64,000 bases of DNA from Chamaesiphon sp. (GTDB lineage: Bacteria > Cyanobacteriota > Cyanobacteriia > Cyanobacteriales > Chamaesiphonaceae): positions 64,001 through 128,000 of the forward strand of contig CBDFFH010000002.1 of the NCBI GenBank assembly GCA_965246715.1. Direction: 5' to 3'. The translations under genes were made by a program, and so were the position numbers. Each line of letters begins with the position of its first letter. The first letter of the stretch is position 1. Shown in pieces: positions 22,275 to 32,686 of the stretch. Below the pieces are notes generated by a model that ran no database searches, was not told the origin of the DNA, and saw only the letters and a list, made by a program, of their open reading frames with translations.

Positions 22275-22289
22275 TTAATTAGACTCCGA

Positions 22290-24215
22290 TTAATGGTGAC
22301 TACCAACATGAACGCGCGGACGTTTGTGCGGATCTGGTTCGGCTTTACGGAGAATTTCGCGGGTAGTAACTGGAATATCTCCTTCTCCAAAGACGATAAA
22401 TCTGAACATAAATATCAAGGGATTTTCCTCACCCCAACTAAAGTAAATATGTGGTGGTTTCCCAGTAGTGTCGCGTAAATATAATAAGCAAGAGGCGATC
22501 GCATTGGGCACGGCAGAACTATAGATCCGCAGAATATGATATCCGCCGACTTCCAATCCTTGAACTTCTAATTTATCTTCAAATTCCGAAGCATCCGTAA
22601 CTTCAACTTCGAGAAAGACGATTTTTTGGTCGGCAGGTAACAGATTATCCTCCCGAATTGCTTGTTCTTTCTCTTGATATTCGGCAATATCGCCAGCATC
22701 TAGATCGTTGGCAATAATCCGCACTACACCACTAGTAATATCGTTGATAAATTGTTGCGCGCGATCGTCTAAAATTACCTCGGTACTCCGGCGTTCGGTC
22801 GCTCGATTGACCCGTGACAGCAGCGATACTACGATAATCGTTCCGATAAAAAAGCTAGCAATTCTAATCCCATCGGGACGTTCGATGACATTTACTGTAG
22901 TAGTATAGGCAAAAACCAGCGTAATCAGCCCAAAAATCCACGGTGCATAGCGATTGCGTCCGCGCCGACTCGCCAGTGTTACGGCAAATGCCGCTGATGT
23001 CATCAATACCAAAACTCCAGTTGCATAAGCGCCGCCTTGCGCTTCGACATCAGCATGAAAGATCAAGGTGACAATAAAGGCGATCGTGGTGAATACTAAT
23101 ACTAGCGGGCGACTCATCCGCGCCCACATCGGTGCCATCCCGTAACGGGGTAGATAACGCGGCACGATATTTAACAATCCAGCCATTGCCGAGGCACCTG
23201 CAAACCACAAAATCAGAATCGTACTGACATCGTAGACAGTCCCAAAGCCGCTCCCTAAATAAGTGTGCGCGAGATAGGATAAGGCTCTACCATTAGCGAC
23301 ACCGCCAGCTTTAAATTTATCTGCCGAAATCAGTAGCGTCGTAATAAAACTCGTACTAATCAAAAATGCGCTCATAATCAGCGCTGCAGATGTTAACAAT
23401 GTCCCCGTATTGCGAATCCGTCCGCGTGGCTGCTCGTGGGTATCTTGCGCGTCTCCTGTCACTAATGGCATCACCGCGACACCAGTTTCAAATCCCGATA
23501 AACCCAAAGCTAGTTTGGGAAAGAGTAATGCGGAAACTGCCAGCATATTTAGCGGATTGCCATGTTCCCTAAAAATTGCCGTTTGCCAGTCGGTAACTGT
23601 CACGGGATTGGCGATAACTTGACTGATGCCGACAACAACCACGATCGCATTTAAACTCAAATAGGCAATTACTAAAACCACCGCAATCCCAACAGCTTCC
23701 TTAAATCCCTTGAGAAAGACAGCACCCAATAAACCGATCAGGATGAGTGTAATCGTCAGTTGTTGTCCGTGTAGCGATGCTTGTAGATAGGGATTTTCGA
23801 CGAGGTGCATGGCGGCATCAGCTGCCGACAGGGTAATCGTAATGATAAAATCTGTACCGACAAATCCCAGCAGCACCAAGACGAGCAACTTACCTTGCCA
23901 CCAATCGAGGAGCTTTGCCAGCATCGCGATCGAACCTTCCCCATTTGGACTAGTTGCGGCTACTCGTCGATAAATCGGCAGGGCACCAAAGAGCGTCAGG
24001 AGGATTAAAATAGCGGTAGCGATGGGGGATAAAGTGCCTGCTGCTACTGCCGCAATTCCTGGTTGGTAACCCAAGGTGGAAAAATAATCGACCCCCGTCA
24101 AACACATGACTTGCCACCACGGATGTTGGACATGGTGAGCTGAGGATGATTGAGATTCTTCTGCTAACAACCACTGAAATAATGGGCTGCGTCGTCTGCG
24201 GTGGGTATCATTCAT
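22290..24215 (-). CDS. APC-superfamily permease (amino acid or KimA-like K+ transporter)
   Basis: About 12 TM segments, [24 protein letters not shown], soluble C-terminal domain. Confidence 0.8.
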   Translation of the reverse strand: MNDTHRRRRSPLFQWLLAEESQSSSAHHVQHPWWQVMCLTGVDYFSTLGYQPGIAAVAAGTLSPIATAILILLTLFGALPIYRRVAATSPNGEGSIAMLAKLLDWWQGKLLVLVLLGFVGTDFIITITLSAADAAMHLVENPYLQASLHGQQLTITLILIGLLGAVFLKGFKEAVGIAVVLVIAYLSLNAIVVVVGISQVIANPVTVTDWQTAIFREHGNPLNMLAVSALLFPKLALGLSGFETGVAVMPLVTGDAQDTHEQPRGRIRNTGTLLTSAALIMSAFLISTSFITTLLISADKFKAGGVANGRALSYLAHTYLGSGFGTVYDVSTILILWFAGASAMAGLLNIVPRYLPRYGMAPMWARMSRPLVLVFTTIAFIVTLIFHADVEAQGGAYATGVLVLMTSAAFAVTLASRRGRNRYAPWIFGLITLVFAYTTTVNVIERPDGIRIASFFIGTIIVVSLLSRVNRATERRSTEVILDDRAQQFINDITSGVVRIIANDLDAGDIAEYQEKEQAIREDNLLPADQKIVFLEVEVTDASEFEDKLEVQGLEVGGYHILRIYSSAVPNAIASCLLYLRDTTGKPPHIYFSWGEENPLIFMFRFIVFGEGDIPVTTREILRKAEPDPHKRPRVHVGSHH

Positions 24216-24339
24216 GAATGGATAGATAGTTGTTAGGAAGTATGCATTAGGAGTCGGCGCGATCTAAATTACGATCTCCTTTAATAAATAACTGTCAACC
24301 GTCCGCCGTCAACTGTCAACTATCAGCGATCGAATACAT

Positions 24340-24398
24340 TAGACTTCCGGCATGAAGCTGGCAATAAAAATCACAGCTAAGTCTACCTTCGTGTACCG
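24340..24398 (-). ncRNA. Candidate cis-regulatory pseudoknot RNA in the 5' leader of the APC permease
   Basis: Minus strand CGGUA...UAGACUU-AGCUG-loop-CAGCU..UGCCG-G-AAGUCUA gives three compatible stems; no family recognised. Confidence 0.4.
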
Positions 24399-24571
24399 TT
24401 GCTGGTGTCGCGAAAAAATGCGTCCAGCTTCGATCGATTAGCCGCTACAGTCGCAAATGGGACTCGATCGATTAAAGTAAATACATTATTACTTATCTAA
24501 ACTCCAGTATTAAATAAGTCTCCACAACTGGCTCGTCCAAACATTCAGAATTTATAACTCATAATTTTTCG

Positions 24572-25207
24572 ATGCGTTTACCCCTACCCCAATTTGGCAG
24601 CGGTGCCAAAAATCCTCAGCATATTGCTGAAGTAATCGAGACATCTACTTGCGAATTTCTGGCGCAATGTTTGGAACCAGAAGATCTCAAACTCGCCGTG
24701 ATGCCAATATTTGGCAGTATCGTCAAAGCTGCTGACGAGGAGACAGGCAACCAAATTCTTGCGGTAGTTTATCATGCTACCACTGCCCCGATCGATTCCG
24801 TCCACCGCGCGCGGGCACTGGGGATGTCACTAGACGAATTACGTGAAGAACAGCCACAGATTTTTGCTATGCTCAAAACCGAGTTTAAGGCGGCAATTAT
24901 CGGGTTTGAGGATGCGAAGGGGCAAATGTATCAGTTCCTCCCCCCACGTCCGCCCCAAATCCATCAAGGGGTCTATCAGTGTGATGCGGAGGAGATTATC
25001 AAATTCAGCGAGCAGTTAGAATTTTTGCGGACATTATTACAAGTGCAAGGTGCTCCAGTAGAAGCCCTCACCGCAGCTACGATTCGTGAAATCCATCAAT
25101 TGCGCTCGCGCGACCGCTCTTGGCTGGTAACGGCAGGACGCACTGTCAGTCTGATTCTCAAAGATGATTACGATCGATTGCGGTATGTTCTATCGCAGAT
25201 CCGGTAA
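24572..25207 (+). CDS. HAS-barrel domain protein (cyanobacterial, HerA-associated type)
   Basis: IAEVIETST.EFLAQC, MPIFGS, QFLPPRPPQIH. Confidence 0.72.
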   Translation: MRLPLPQFGSGAKNPQHIAEVIETSTCEFLAQCLEPEDLKLAVMPIFGSIVKAADEETGNQILAVVYHATTAPIDSVHRARALGMSLDELREEQPQIFAMLKTEFKAAIIGFEDAKGQMYQFLPPRPPQIHQGVYQCDAEEIIKFSEQLEFLRTLLQVQGAPVEALTAATIREIHQLRSRDRSWLVTAGRTVSLILKDDYDRLRYVLSQIR

Positions 25208-25316
25208 TTATCGGAAACAAGGGCATTGCTAAATTGCGGGATGAAACGCTCGTCGGTATTTAGGGGAGGGACAATTTATGAATTGCCCCGCCGCTTTTGC
25301 CGCCAAATCTCGAGCG

Positions 25317-25895
25317 TTAGCGCATCGCCGTAAAATTTTTAGCCATCTGGAGATGCATTGAGACTACAGGTAAAATCTCGTTTGCAAAAGCTTTAATATC
25401 GGTATTTTGACCTTGCTGGAGTTCATTTTGAAAAGCAGCTTGAGTCTTGGTATGACCTTTGGTTTGTCCGTCCATATATGCGCGATCGAATTGTTTACCA
25501 GATAATGTTTTCAAGCGATCGAGTAATGCCTGATTTTCGGCACCCACACTCTTGGGCAAAGTCAGCCCTAAACTAGTAGCGATCGGTTTGAGCTTATTAC
25601 TCGAGTCTGTATGTGCTTGAATCATTTCGCGCGCATATTGCAATACTTGCGAATTTTGCGAGCGTTTGAGTGCTAGTTGACTGCTTTGAATTTCGGTCAG
25701 ATCGCTTTGAGCTGCTTTGCTAACAAACTGTCGATCGGCAGTATTTAATGATGTAGATTTTTTGGTGCTGTCTGACATCGGACTTGCTGAGGGCATGCTA
25801 CCTTGGGCTAAAGCTGGCACCATTGCGCTGAAGCCGACTACACTCAATAAACATATACTTGTGAAGAAAATTCTGGGAGAATAAATCGATTTCAT
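25317..25895 (-). CDS. DUF4142 ferritin-like secreted protein
   Basis: Signal peptide; DRQFVSKAAQSDLTEIQSSQLA, FDRAYM, LPVVSMHLQMA; ATG 25895 preferred. Confidence 0.88.
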   Translation of the reverse strand: MKSIYSPRIFFTSICLLSVVGFSAMVPALAQGSMPSASPMSDSTKKSTSLNTADRQFVSKAAQSDLTEIQSSQLALKRSQNSQVLQYAREMIQAHTDSSNKLKPIATSLGLTLPKSVGAENQALLDRLKTLSGKQFDRAYMDGQTKGHTKTQAAFQNELQQGQNTDIKAFANEILPVVSMHLQMAKNFTAMR

Positions 25896-26906
25896 GACTG
25901 AATAAATAGTTGACGTTACTGAATTAGGGTATAAATTATTGTCCAAATGGAGGGTCAGGTCAATTCATGAATTGCCCTTACCCTCAATGAATCTGGGAGA
26001 TCGCTGCTGCTAATTATTTAAAAATTGAGCAAACTGCGAACTACATTGATGCCTGACCTGATGATGCTGGCATTTGAGACTCCGACGAGACACCATTGGG
26101 CATTTGACTTTGGGCCGTTTGTCCCTGCGGAATTTGTCCTGGCGACATATTTCCGTTGGCTTGGCCGGGTAAACTGATGCTCACGACTTTTTGTTTGTGC
26201 GCTTCCGATTTCGGCATAATTAATGACAACTAATTATTCTCGACCGCAAATATAACCTGTATTTGTTATCTACTTAACAGCATATTCATCACACTAATGA
26301 ATCGAATCTGTCTAAAGGTAGAAATGAATTTTGGGGAATTAGAAGAGTACAGGAGGCGACTCAGCAGTCGATGATGTCGCATCTGCTGTATGCCCATCGA
26401 TAACAGCCTAAGTATTTCCACCCGGATCGGCGGTGTGAACTAGCTCTTGTTGCTCGGTTGGTGGCGGACGCTCGATCTCCCACATCAGACATCCCTGCTT
26501 GTGAAGATCGATTTATTCTGCCCACATTCGATCTTTAATCCTCGCCCCAGCCCTGAAATGTATCTAATTGCGATGAGATCGCCTCAAATTCATCCAATCT
26601 CAAGATCGACCACACCCCGCAATCATGCGATATAGTTAGTTGTGATTGATTTAGGTTCGATCGATACTCTAAGTTATTGAGGATATTTTGTTGTTGCTAG
26701 AATGTGCTCAAGCAGAAGAGTCGCCAGACCAGATTTATTATTTACCTTTTTAACAGCGATCGTTTATTTTGCCGATCGATAATTTAACCTTACTCGATCG
26801 ATGGTTGAAAATAATTGCCAATCATCCTACCGTCATTGAAATGTTCGCAGCAATAAAGTAATTAGACTACCGATCTCGAGCGCAGTCGATCGATGTATTC
26901 GTAAAA

Positions 26907-27302
26907 TAACGTGAGTTCGGGTTAAGGATATTTGCTTCGTTCAAGCACCGCACGCGATTGTGTCTTGTCGCGCTAAACCCTCGGCAAAGCCGAGGAGCGC
27001 GCGCCGCAAATCGGTGCTAATAGTGCAAAGTCCGGTTGTTGCCGCGAGCGGCAAAAGCCTGCCTTCGCGGACTAGATAATTAGTCCGCGAAGCGAAAAGT
27101 GCATTTGGTCGGCTAGCCTTTTGGTCGGCTCGCCGACCATTAGACCAGTAGGTCTTGGGGTTTCCCCAAGTAGAGCACCTTTTCAAGACAGCGACGCGCG
27201 CTCCTCGGGTTCCCCGAGGGTTTAGCGCGTCAAGACAGGCGGACTTTGCATCATGAGCCGAGACTTCAGTCTCCAGGCTATTCTTATCCCGAACTCACGT
27301 TA
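26907..27302. mobile_element. Composite MITE-like element with several nested mini-insertions
   Basis: TIR ACGTGAGTTCGGG.TAAG/CTTATCCCGAACTCACGT; TAAAATA duplicated on both sides; hairpin core interrupted by three inserts relative to other copies. Confidence 0.85.
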
Positions 27303-27642
27303 AAATATCATCGATGTAGATCTATCCTCAAGTCTCGATCGATATGGCTCAATCTCTACAAATAACTATCGGCTTAGTTGGCTGCAGGTTATCGATTGGT
27401 AGTGTTGCAACTATATTATCGCTGCCGTGTTCGGTACAGTCAGCACAATACACCTAGACTGTGCGCCCAAAAATTATTCATCCAGAGTTAGAGTAGTTAC
27501 GATTGAATCGATCGATTAAATTAGCTACCAAAAACAATACCATCAAGATCGCTGACTCCCAATGAGTCGTTGTCGAACTTGATGGCTATTGAGATGTTTA
27601 GATTAAGTCAATTACTTAAGTAACTATCGACCGAGATTCTGA

Positions 27643-27951
27643 CTATGGCTTTTTAGTTGCGTCGGGCTTTTTACCGTCAGCAGGCTTAGTTTCAGTTTTG
27701 GTTTCAGTAGTCTTGGTGCCATCAGCAGGCTTAGTTTCAGTTTTGGTTTCAGTAGTCTTGGTTTCAGCACCAGACTTCATTGCGTCACCAGATTTACCGT
27801 CTGCAGCAGGGGATGCCGCAGGGGATGCTGCAGGTGTAGTAGTGGTCTCAGTCTTCGTAGCGTCGGGAGTTGTCGTGGTTTTGTCGCTACAAGCGGTCAA
27901 ACCAGCAGACATAGTTAAGCTGGCGATTACCAGTAAAGTTTTCCAGTTCAT
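27643..27951 (-). CDS. Small low-complexity lipoprotein (T/K/E/P-rich)
   Basis: Lipobox LTAC; tandem TKTTETKTETKPADG repeat (45-bp period); ATG 27951. Confidence 0.8.
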   Translation of the reverse strand: MNWKTLLVIASLTMSAGLTACSDKTTTTPDATKTETTTTPAASPAASPAADGKSGDAMKSGAETKTTETKTETKPADGTKTTETKTETKPADGKKPDATKKP

Positions 27952-28244
27952 TTGAAATTTCCTCACACTTATATTTAAATCGACTAGCGATTCGACTACT
28001 ATTCTAGCACCGCGATCGCAAAAATTTACGATCCGCGAAACAGTGGAAACCGAATTCTTTTTGCACTTCGGTATGGTGAAAACCGAACGATCGCCTGAAA
28101 TCGTCGCTCTAGCCGCTTTTCCAGGGTCTCGCCAGCAAGATTAGTAGACAGTGGACAGCTAACAGTGGATAGTAAATACAGTAACTAGTGGTTAGTGGCT
28201 AGTTACGTGCTAACCACTAACCAACAACCAATAACCAAATAACT

Positions 28245-29093
28245 GTGAAATCACCACTTCCCGGTCTTAGTCTCGCTGAAATTTTGGAATGGACGATCGA
28301 GCTAAGCTGGACGGCAACAGCGATGTTGAAGTCTTATTATCGAGCCAGTAATGCAGATCTGGACGTGCGGGATAAGGCTGAAGGCCCCGTCACAGTGGCG
28401 GATGAGGCGGTAAACAAATATATCCTCGAGCGTCTTCAAGGACTGTGTGGCAACTTTTGTGGTTATTTGACGGAAGAAACTTATCAATGTGGCGATCGTG
28501 AATTGCCGGACAATTGGGTGTGGATTGTCGATCCGTTGGATGGAACGCGAGATTTTATCGATAAAACTGGCGAATATGCGATCCATATCGCGCTGACATA
28601 TCAGCATCGTCCGGTGCTAGCTGTAGTAGCAGTGCCAGAATCCGATAAATTGTATGCAGCGATTCAAGATTGCGGTAGTATCTGTATCACCTCGGATAAG
28701 GTGCGGAAACCCATAACAGTCGCTAGAGATAAAAAATTAACCGATTTAGTTGTGGTTGCCAGTCGGAATCATCGCAGTGAAAAATTAGTCCGATTATTAG
28801 AGCTACTGCCTTGTCAGCAACACAAAGAAGTCGGCAGTATCGGTTGTAAAATAGCGGCAATCGTCGAGCGACAAGCGGATGTGTATGCCTCGCTGTCTGG
28901 CAAATCGGCTCCGAAAGATTGGGATTTTGCGGCACCAGAATTGATTTTAACCGAGGCTGGCGGCAAATTTACTTACCAAGATGGCAGTCCAATAAAATAT
29001 AATCGCGGCGATGCCAGTCAGTGGGGATGTGCGATCGCGAGTAATGGGGAATGGCATCAGCAGTTACTAGATACTGTCAATAATGTTATTTAA
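28245..29093 (+). CDS. cysQ: 3'(2'),5'-bisphosphate nucleotidase CysQ / inositol monophosphatase family
   Basis: PVTVAD, LTEE, WIVDPLDGTRDF, ASRNH, GSIGCK, WDFAAPE. Confidence 0.85.
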   Translation: MKSPLPGLSLAEILEWTIELSWTATAMLKSYYRASNADLDVRDKAEGPVTVADEAVNKYILERLQGLCGNFCGYLTEETYQCGDRELPDNWVWIVDPLDGTRDFIDKTGEYAIHIALTYQHRPVLAVVAVPESDKLYAAIQDCGSICITSDKVRKPITVARDKKLTDLVVVASRNHRSEKLVRLLELLPCQQHKEVGSIGCKIAAIVERQADVYASLSGKSAPKDWDFAAPELILTEAGGKFTYQDGSPIKYNRGDASQWGCAIASNGEWHQQLLDTVNNVI

Positions 29094-29930
29094 AAAACTG
29101 TTTGGAGTCGTTGAGAAACACAAGCAACAGATTGGCAAAATTGCGATCGGTAGTTTTATCGTCACCAATTTACTGGCTTATGTTGGCGTATATGTAATGA
29201 CACATACACATCTAGCCAGCGCAAGTAGTTTGAGTTTACCGCGTCCGACTAGTCCGCGACTGCCGAGTGATGTGGGATTGAAATACGCGACCGTCCGTAT
29301 CCCAAGTGGTAAGGATAAATGGGTGGAAGCCTGGTCGATTCCAGCAGCTTTATCGACAACGTCCAAAGGCACAATTTTGCTATTTCCTGGACATTTATCG
29401 AGCAAAGGCAAGCAACTGATTCCACTAGCACAGGTATTTCATCAATTAAATTATGATTGTCTCCTGGTAGATTTTCGGGGTGTTGGCGGATCTAGTGGCG
29501 ACACTACAACATTGGGAGCCACAGAGGCGCAAGATGTTGCCGTAGCAATGCAATACATTCGCCAGATCCACCACGAACGTCCGATAATTTTGTATGGACT
29601 ATCGATGGGGAGTGCAGCGGTTTTAACTGCGATCGCTAATGAGAAAATTGCCCCCGATGCGATCGTCTTAGAATTGCCATACGCTCGACTGCTTGATGCC
29701 GTTAGAAGTAGGGTTAGCAAGAATAGCCATCTACCCACATTTCCACTTAGCGAATTATTGGTATTTTGGGGAGGAGTTCAACATGGATTTGATGGATTCG
29801 CACATAATCCCGTCGATTATGCGCGGCAGGTAAAATGTCCGACCTTAATCCTGAATGGCGGACTAGACCCCTGGACGCAGCAATCAGAAATTAATGAAAT
29901 TTTTGCGAATATTAATAGCCAAAAGAAATT

Positions 29931-31345
29931 GGTTCTACCGAACTTACTATGCTAAATCAAGGATTGAAATGCCATGCTAGCAAACTTCTGATCTGAAAAT
30001 TCTCAAAATTTCTAAACCCATATCCCATTCTTTTTATTAGCTTGAGTTTATTGTTAATTCCTTCGACGACTCCTTGAGTTGTTCTATTATCAAAATAGGC
30101 AATTATTTCACCAATCCATCTTTTAATAGTTCCACAACTCTTGGGGAATTTCCCACAAGCATTCTTGAGCCAGTCACACAAGCTTATTAGCCCATTTCCC
30201 CAATCTGTTTTTGATTCAAATATATCTCTAAATAACTCTTTTGTTTTGTGCATTGCTGCTAATTCTGGAAAAACGTCTCCAATCTCTTTCAACTTCTCTT
30301 TTTGCAATTCATTCAAATCCGCTTCGTTTTTGAGTATTGCATATTTACTGTGAGTTAATGCTGCTAATTTCTTGTTCTTTTCATCTTTGTTCTTCACCCT
30401 CTCAGCCTCTCTTTTGATTTTAATTCTCTCTCGATCTAACTCTTCATTTATCTGTTTCATTACATGAAATCTGTCTCCAACCACTTCAGCATTTGGTATC
30501 AATTCATTTACCAGACTTTTGTATGATGAAAATAGATCGATACTTACTTCTGTAATTTGGTTCAAAACCTCCGAACCCCAAGACTTCAAGCACTCACCAA
30601 TACATTCTTGAGTCCTTTTTGGTAAGATGGCTATTAACTCTCTTTTTTCTAGATCTACTAACACCGCACAATAGTTTTTTTGCCCTTTAACAAAGGCAAT
30701 TTCATCAATTCCTAGTCTGGTTAAATTCTCTGGCTTTTTTTGCACTAGATTTACCCCAGCTTTTTTGATTATTGTCTCCACTTCTTGCTCACTTAATCCA
30801 TTTCTTTTGGCAACACTTTTAATATCACTAGCTAGACTCTCTTCGACAATCTTCTGCTTCATTCGCTCGGTGAAATGACTTCTCTTTTTGATGAAATTTA
30901 ATTCCTCACTGAATTTTCGACCACAACTCATACACTTGAATTGACGACGATTAATTTTAAGGTAAACATCATGTTCACCGAATGGTAGATCTCTCACTGT
31001 TAATTGGTGATTCTCATGAAGTTTATTACTTTCAGTTCCACAATGAGGACACACTGCTTTTAATTGCTGATTTTCTAGATAAATAAAATAACCGATTTCA
31101 TCTAAGATCTTATAAGCAGTGACGGTCATTCCGTCGATATTAAGAATTTCATTAATGGTTTTTAGTTGCGATTTGGATGACATAATGCAATTCAAGCTTA
31201 TTTGTTGCCAGAAATCAAGATCTTACTATTCTATAATAAAATCTGTCATTTATGCTGCACCAAGCTTCCATAACTCAAAATTATCAATTTTGTCAATTAA
31301 ACTTGATTCTTATCCACTACTTAGCATAGCAAGTTCGGTAGAGCC
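29931..31345 (-). mobile_element. ISL3-family insertion sequence, 1415 bp
   Basis: 25-bp TIRs GGTTCTACCGAACTTACTATGCTAA / GGCTCTACCGAACTTGCTATGCTAA (2 mismatches); 8-bp TSD AAGAAATT (29923-29930, 31346-31353). Confidence 0.96.
29957..31195 (-). CDS. ISL3-family transposase
   Basis: Zn finger CPHC...CMSC, LGIDE, VSIDL, DRFHV, EGINNKLKLIKRMGYGFRNF. Confidence 0.96.
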   Translation of the reverse strand: MNCIMSSKSQLKTINEILNIDGMTVTAYKILDEIGYFIYLENQQLKAVCPHCGTESNKLHENHQLTVRDLPFGEHDVYLKINRRQFKCMSCGRKFSEELNFIKKRSHFTERMKQKIVEESLASDIKSVAKRNGLSEQEVETIIKKAGVNLVQKKPENLTRLGIDEIAFVKGQKNYCAVLVDLEKRELIAILPKRTQECIGECLKSWGSEVLNQITEVSIDLFSSYKSLVNELIPNAEVVGDRFHVMKQINEELDRERIKIKREAERVKNKDEKNKKLAALTHSKYAILKNEADLNELQKEKLKEIGDVFPELAAMHKTKELFRDIFESKTDWGNGLISLCDWLKNACGKFPKSCGTIKRWIGEIIAYFDNRTTQGVVEGINNKLKLIKRMGYGFRNFENFQIRSLLAWHFNP

Positions 31346-31474
31346 AAGAAATTAGTTACTTTCGATCGAGCCGGACACGATTTGCTCATCTCGATCGATC
31401 GAAATTTATGGGAACAAAGTATCGCCAGGTTTTTAAATACCATTTCGATCGCCAACTAGCAATTCGATTGTAGA

Positions 31475-32425
31475 TTAACGACCTTGGGATCTACGTCGAT
31501 CGATTTCCCGTTGCAGTTCGTCAATTTCTCGCTGTAAGCGTTCGGTTTCGCTATCGGTTGGCGTAGTTGAGGCGGTTTCTACCGTGACTCGTTGATAGTT
31601 ACCGCGTCGAATATCTTGATACTCGCTTGAATTTGCCCACTCTTGTAGAAAGTGAATTCGTTCGACGGGAAATGGATGAGTTAGCATTCCATTTACGCCG
31701 ACATACATCAAAGCTTTGTAGATTTGATTCAGTCCATCTTCATCTAAATTACGGTAATCTTCTGACTGTTTGATAAATTCTTCGAGGCTACATTCATCGA
31801 CATATTTACCACTACCACCAGCAATTTTCATCATGGTTGTCATCACCGTGTGGGGATTTTCCATTACTAGGAGTGCAGCGCGATCGGATGATAGTTCGGC
31901 TTTACGCCGCCATTCATAGAAAGCAACGATCAGGCCATTACTAATAATATTGCCCAATCCAAACGTCATCTCGCCAATAACTGAAGCTGCATTCATCACC
32001 CACATCGCCATCTGGATCAAGATCGTATGACCGCACTTAATATGCCCTAATTCATGAGCTAATACTGTTTTGATTTCATCTTCAGTGAGGAGATCTAATA
32101 ACCCCGTATTGACGACGATATATGGATGTTCTTGTCCCAATGCATAACTATTTACTTGCGGATTTTGACTGATAAATAATGCTGGTTCGGGATAGATATC
32201 TAGATCCCGAACGCATTCCCGAAACATGCCGTAAATAGTCGCATATTGTCTGGGGCCTGCTTTGATGCTATTCCCCATTAGGTATACTAGTTGCGGGCGC
32301 TCGTAGATAAATTCCACAAACTTACTCGCTACTAGATTGAAACCGGGAACGCTACGTAACGTCTGCTCCGCTTGTCGATCGAGTGGATGTTTGAAAGCTT
32401 CGCTCGAAATACCTGGATAAGCCAT
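31475..32425 (-). CDS. M48-family zinc metallopeptidase
   Basis: LAHELGH, ELSSDRAA, THPFPVERI. Confidence 0.9.
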   Translation of the reverse strand: MAYPGISSEAFKHPLDRQAEQTLRSVPGFNLVASKFVEFIYERPQLVYLMGNSIKAGPRQYATIYGMFRECVRDLDIYPEPALFISQNPQVNSYALGQEHPYIVVNTGLLDLLTEDEIKTVLAHELGHIKCGHTILIQMAMWVMNAASVIGEMTFGLGNIISNGLIVAFYEWRRKAELSSDRAALLVMENPHTVMTTMMKIAGGSGKYVDECSLEEFIKQSEDYRNLDEDGLNQIYKALMYVGVNGMLTHPFPVERIHFLQEWANSSEYQDIRRGNYQRVTVETASTTPTDSETERLQREIDELQREIDRRRSQGR

Positions 32426-32426
32426 A

Positions 32427-32460
32427 AAATTATGAATTATGAGTTATGAATTATGAATTA
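32427..32460. repeat. Heptamer tandem repeat (AATTATG)n
   Basis: aattatgaattatgagttatgaattatgaatta; a similar tract lies near 53160. Confidence 0.7.
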
Positions 32461-32686
32461 GCCAATGGGATAATCTAGATCGCTCGACATTTGCACCGAA
32501 AATATTCTCATCGAGCGTTGGTTTCGCTGGTCATCTCTATTATACTAAGGTGCATCGCTTGGTGTCTGGCGATCGCGATCCTGGCTCGAATCTGACAATT
32601 CTGCAAGCTGAGTGCGTTTTTCTCCGCGTTGGCGTAGCCGCTCCTGTGGAAAATCGATAATTTTAACTGCGGTGACATGGTTGCTG

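Larger units (their letters stand above)
29083..31459 (+). pseudogene. Alpha/beta hydrolase interrupted by ISL3
   Basis: GLSMG nucleophile elbow in the 5' part; the reading frame resumes after the TSD as ...KKLVTFDRAGHDLLISIDRNLWEQSIARFLNTISIAN* (stop 31457-31459). Confidence 0.9.

Noticed and set aside
24572..25207. HAS-barrel gene as part of a HerA-based defence system
   Set aside because: No HerA, NurA or Sir2 partner in the window; it looks like the stand-alone cyanobacterial gene.
26941..27186. 81-aa ORF, and similar ORFs at 35758-36036, 58880-59134 and 63435-63644
   Set aside because: All lie inside GC-rich MITE-like repeats and show no transposase or other motifs.
27677..27762. Direct repeat of about 41 bp with a 45-bp period that could suggest a CRISPR
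   Set aside because: Only two units, in frame within a lipoprotein gene, with no unique spacers and no cas genes.
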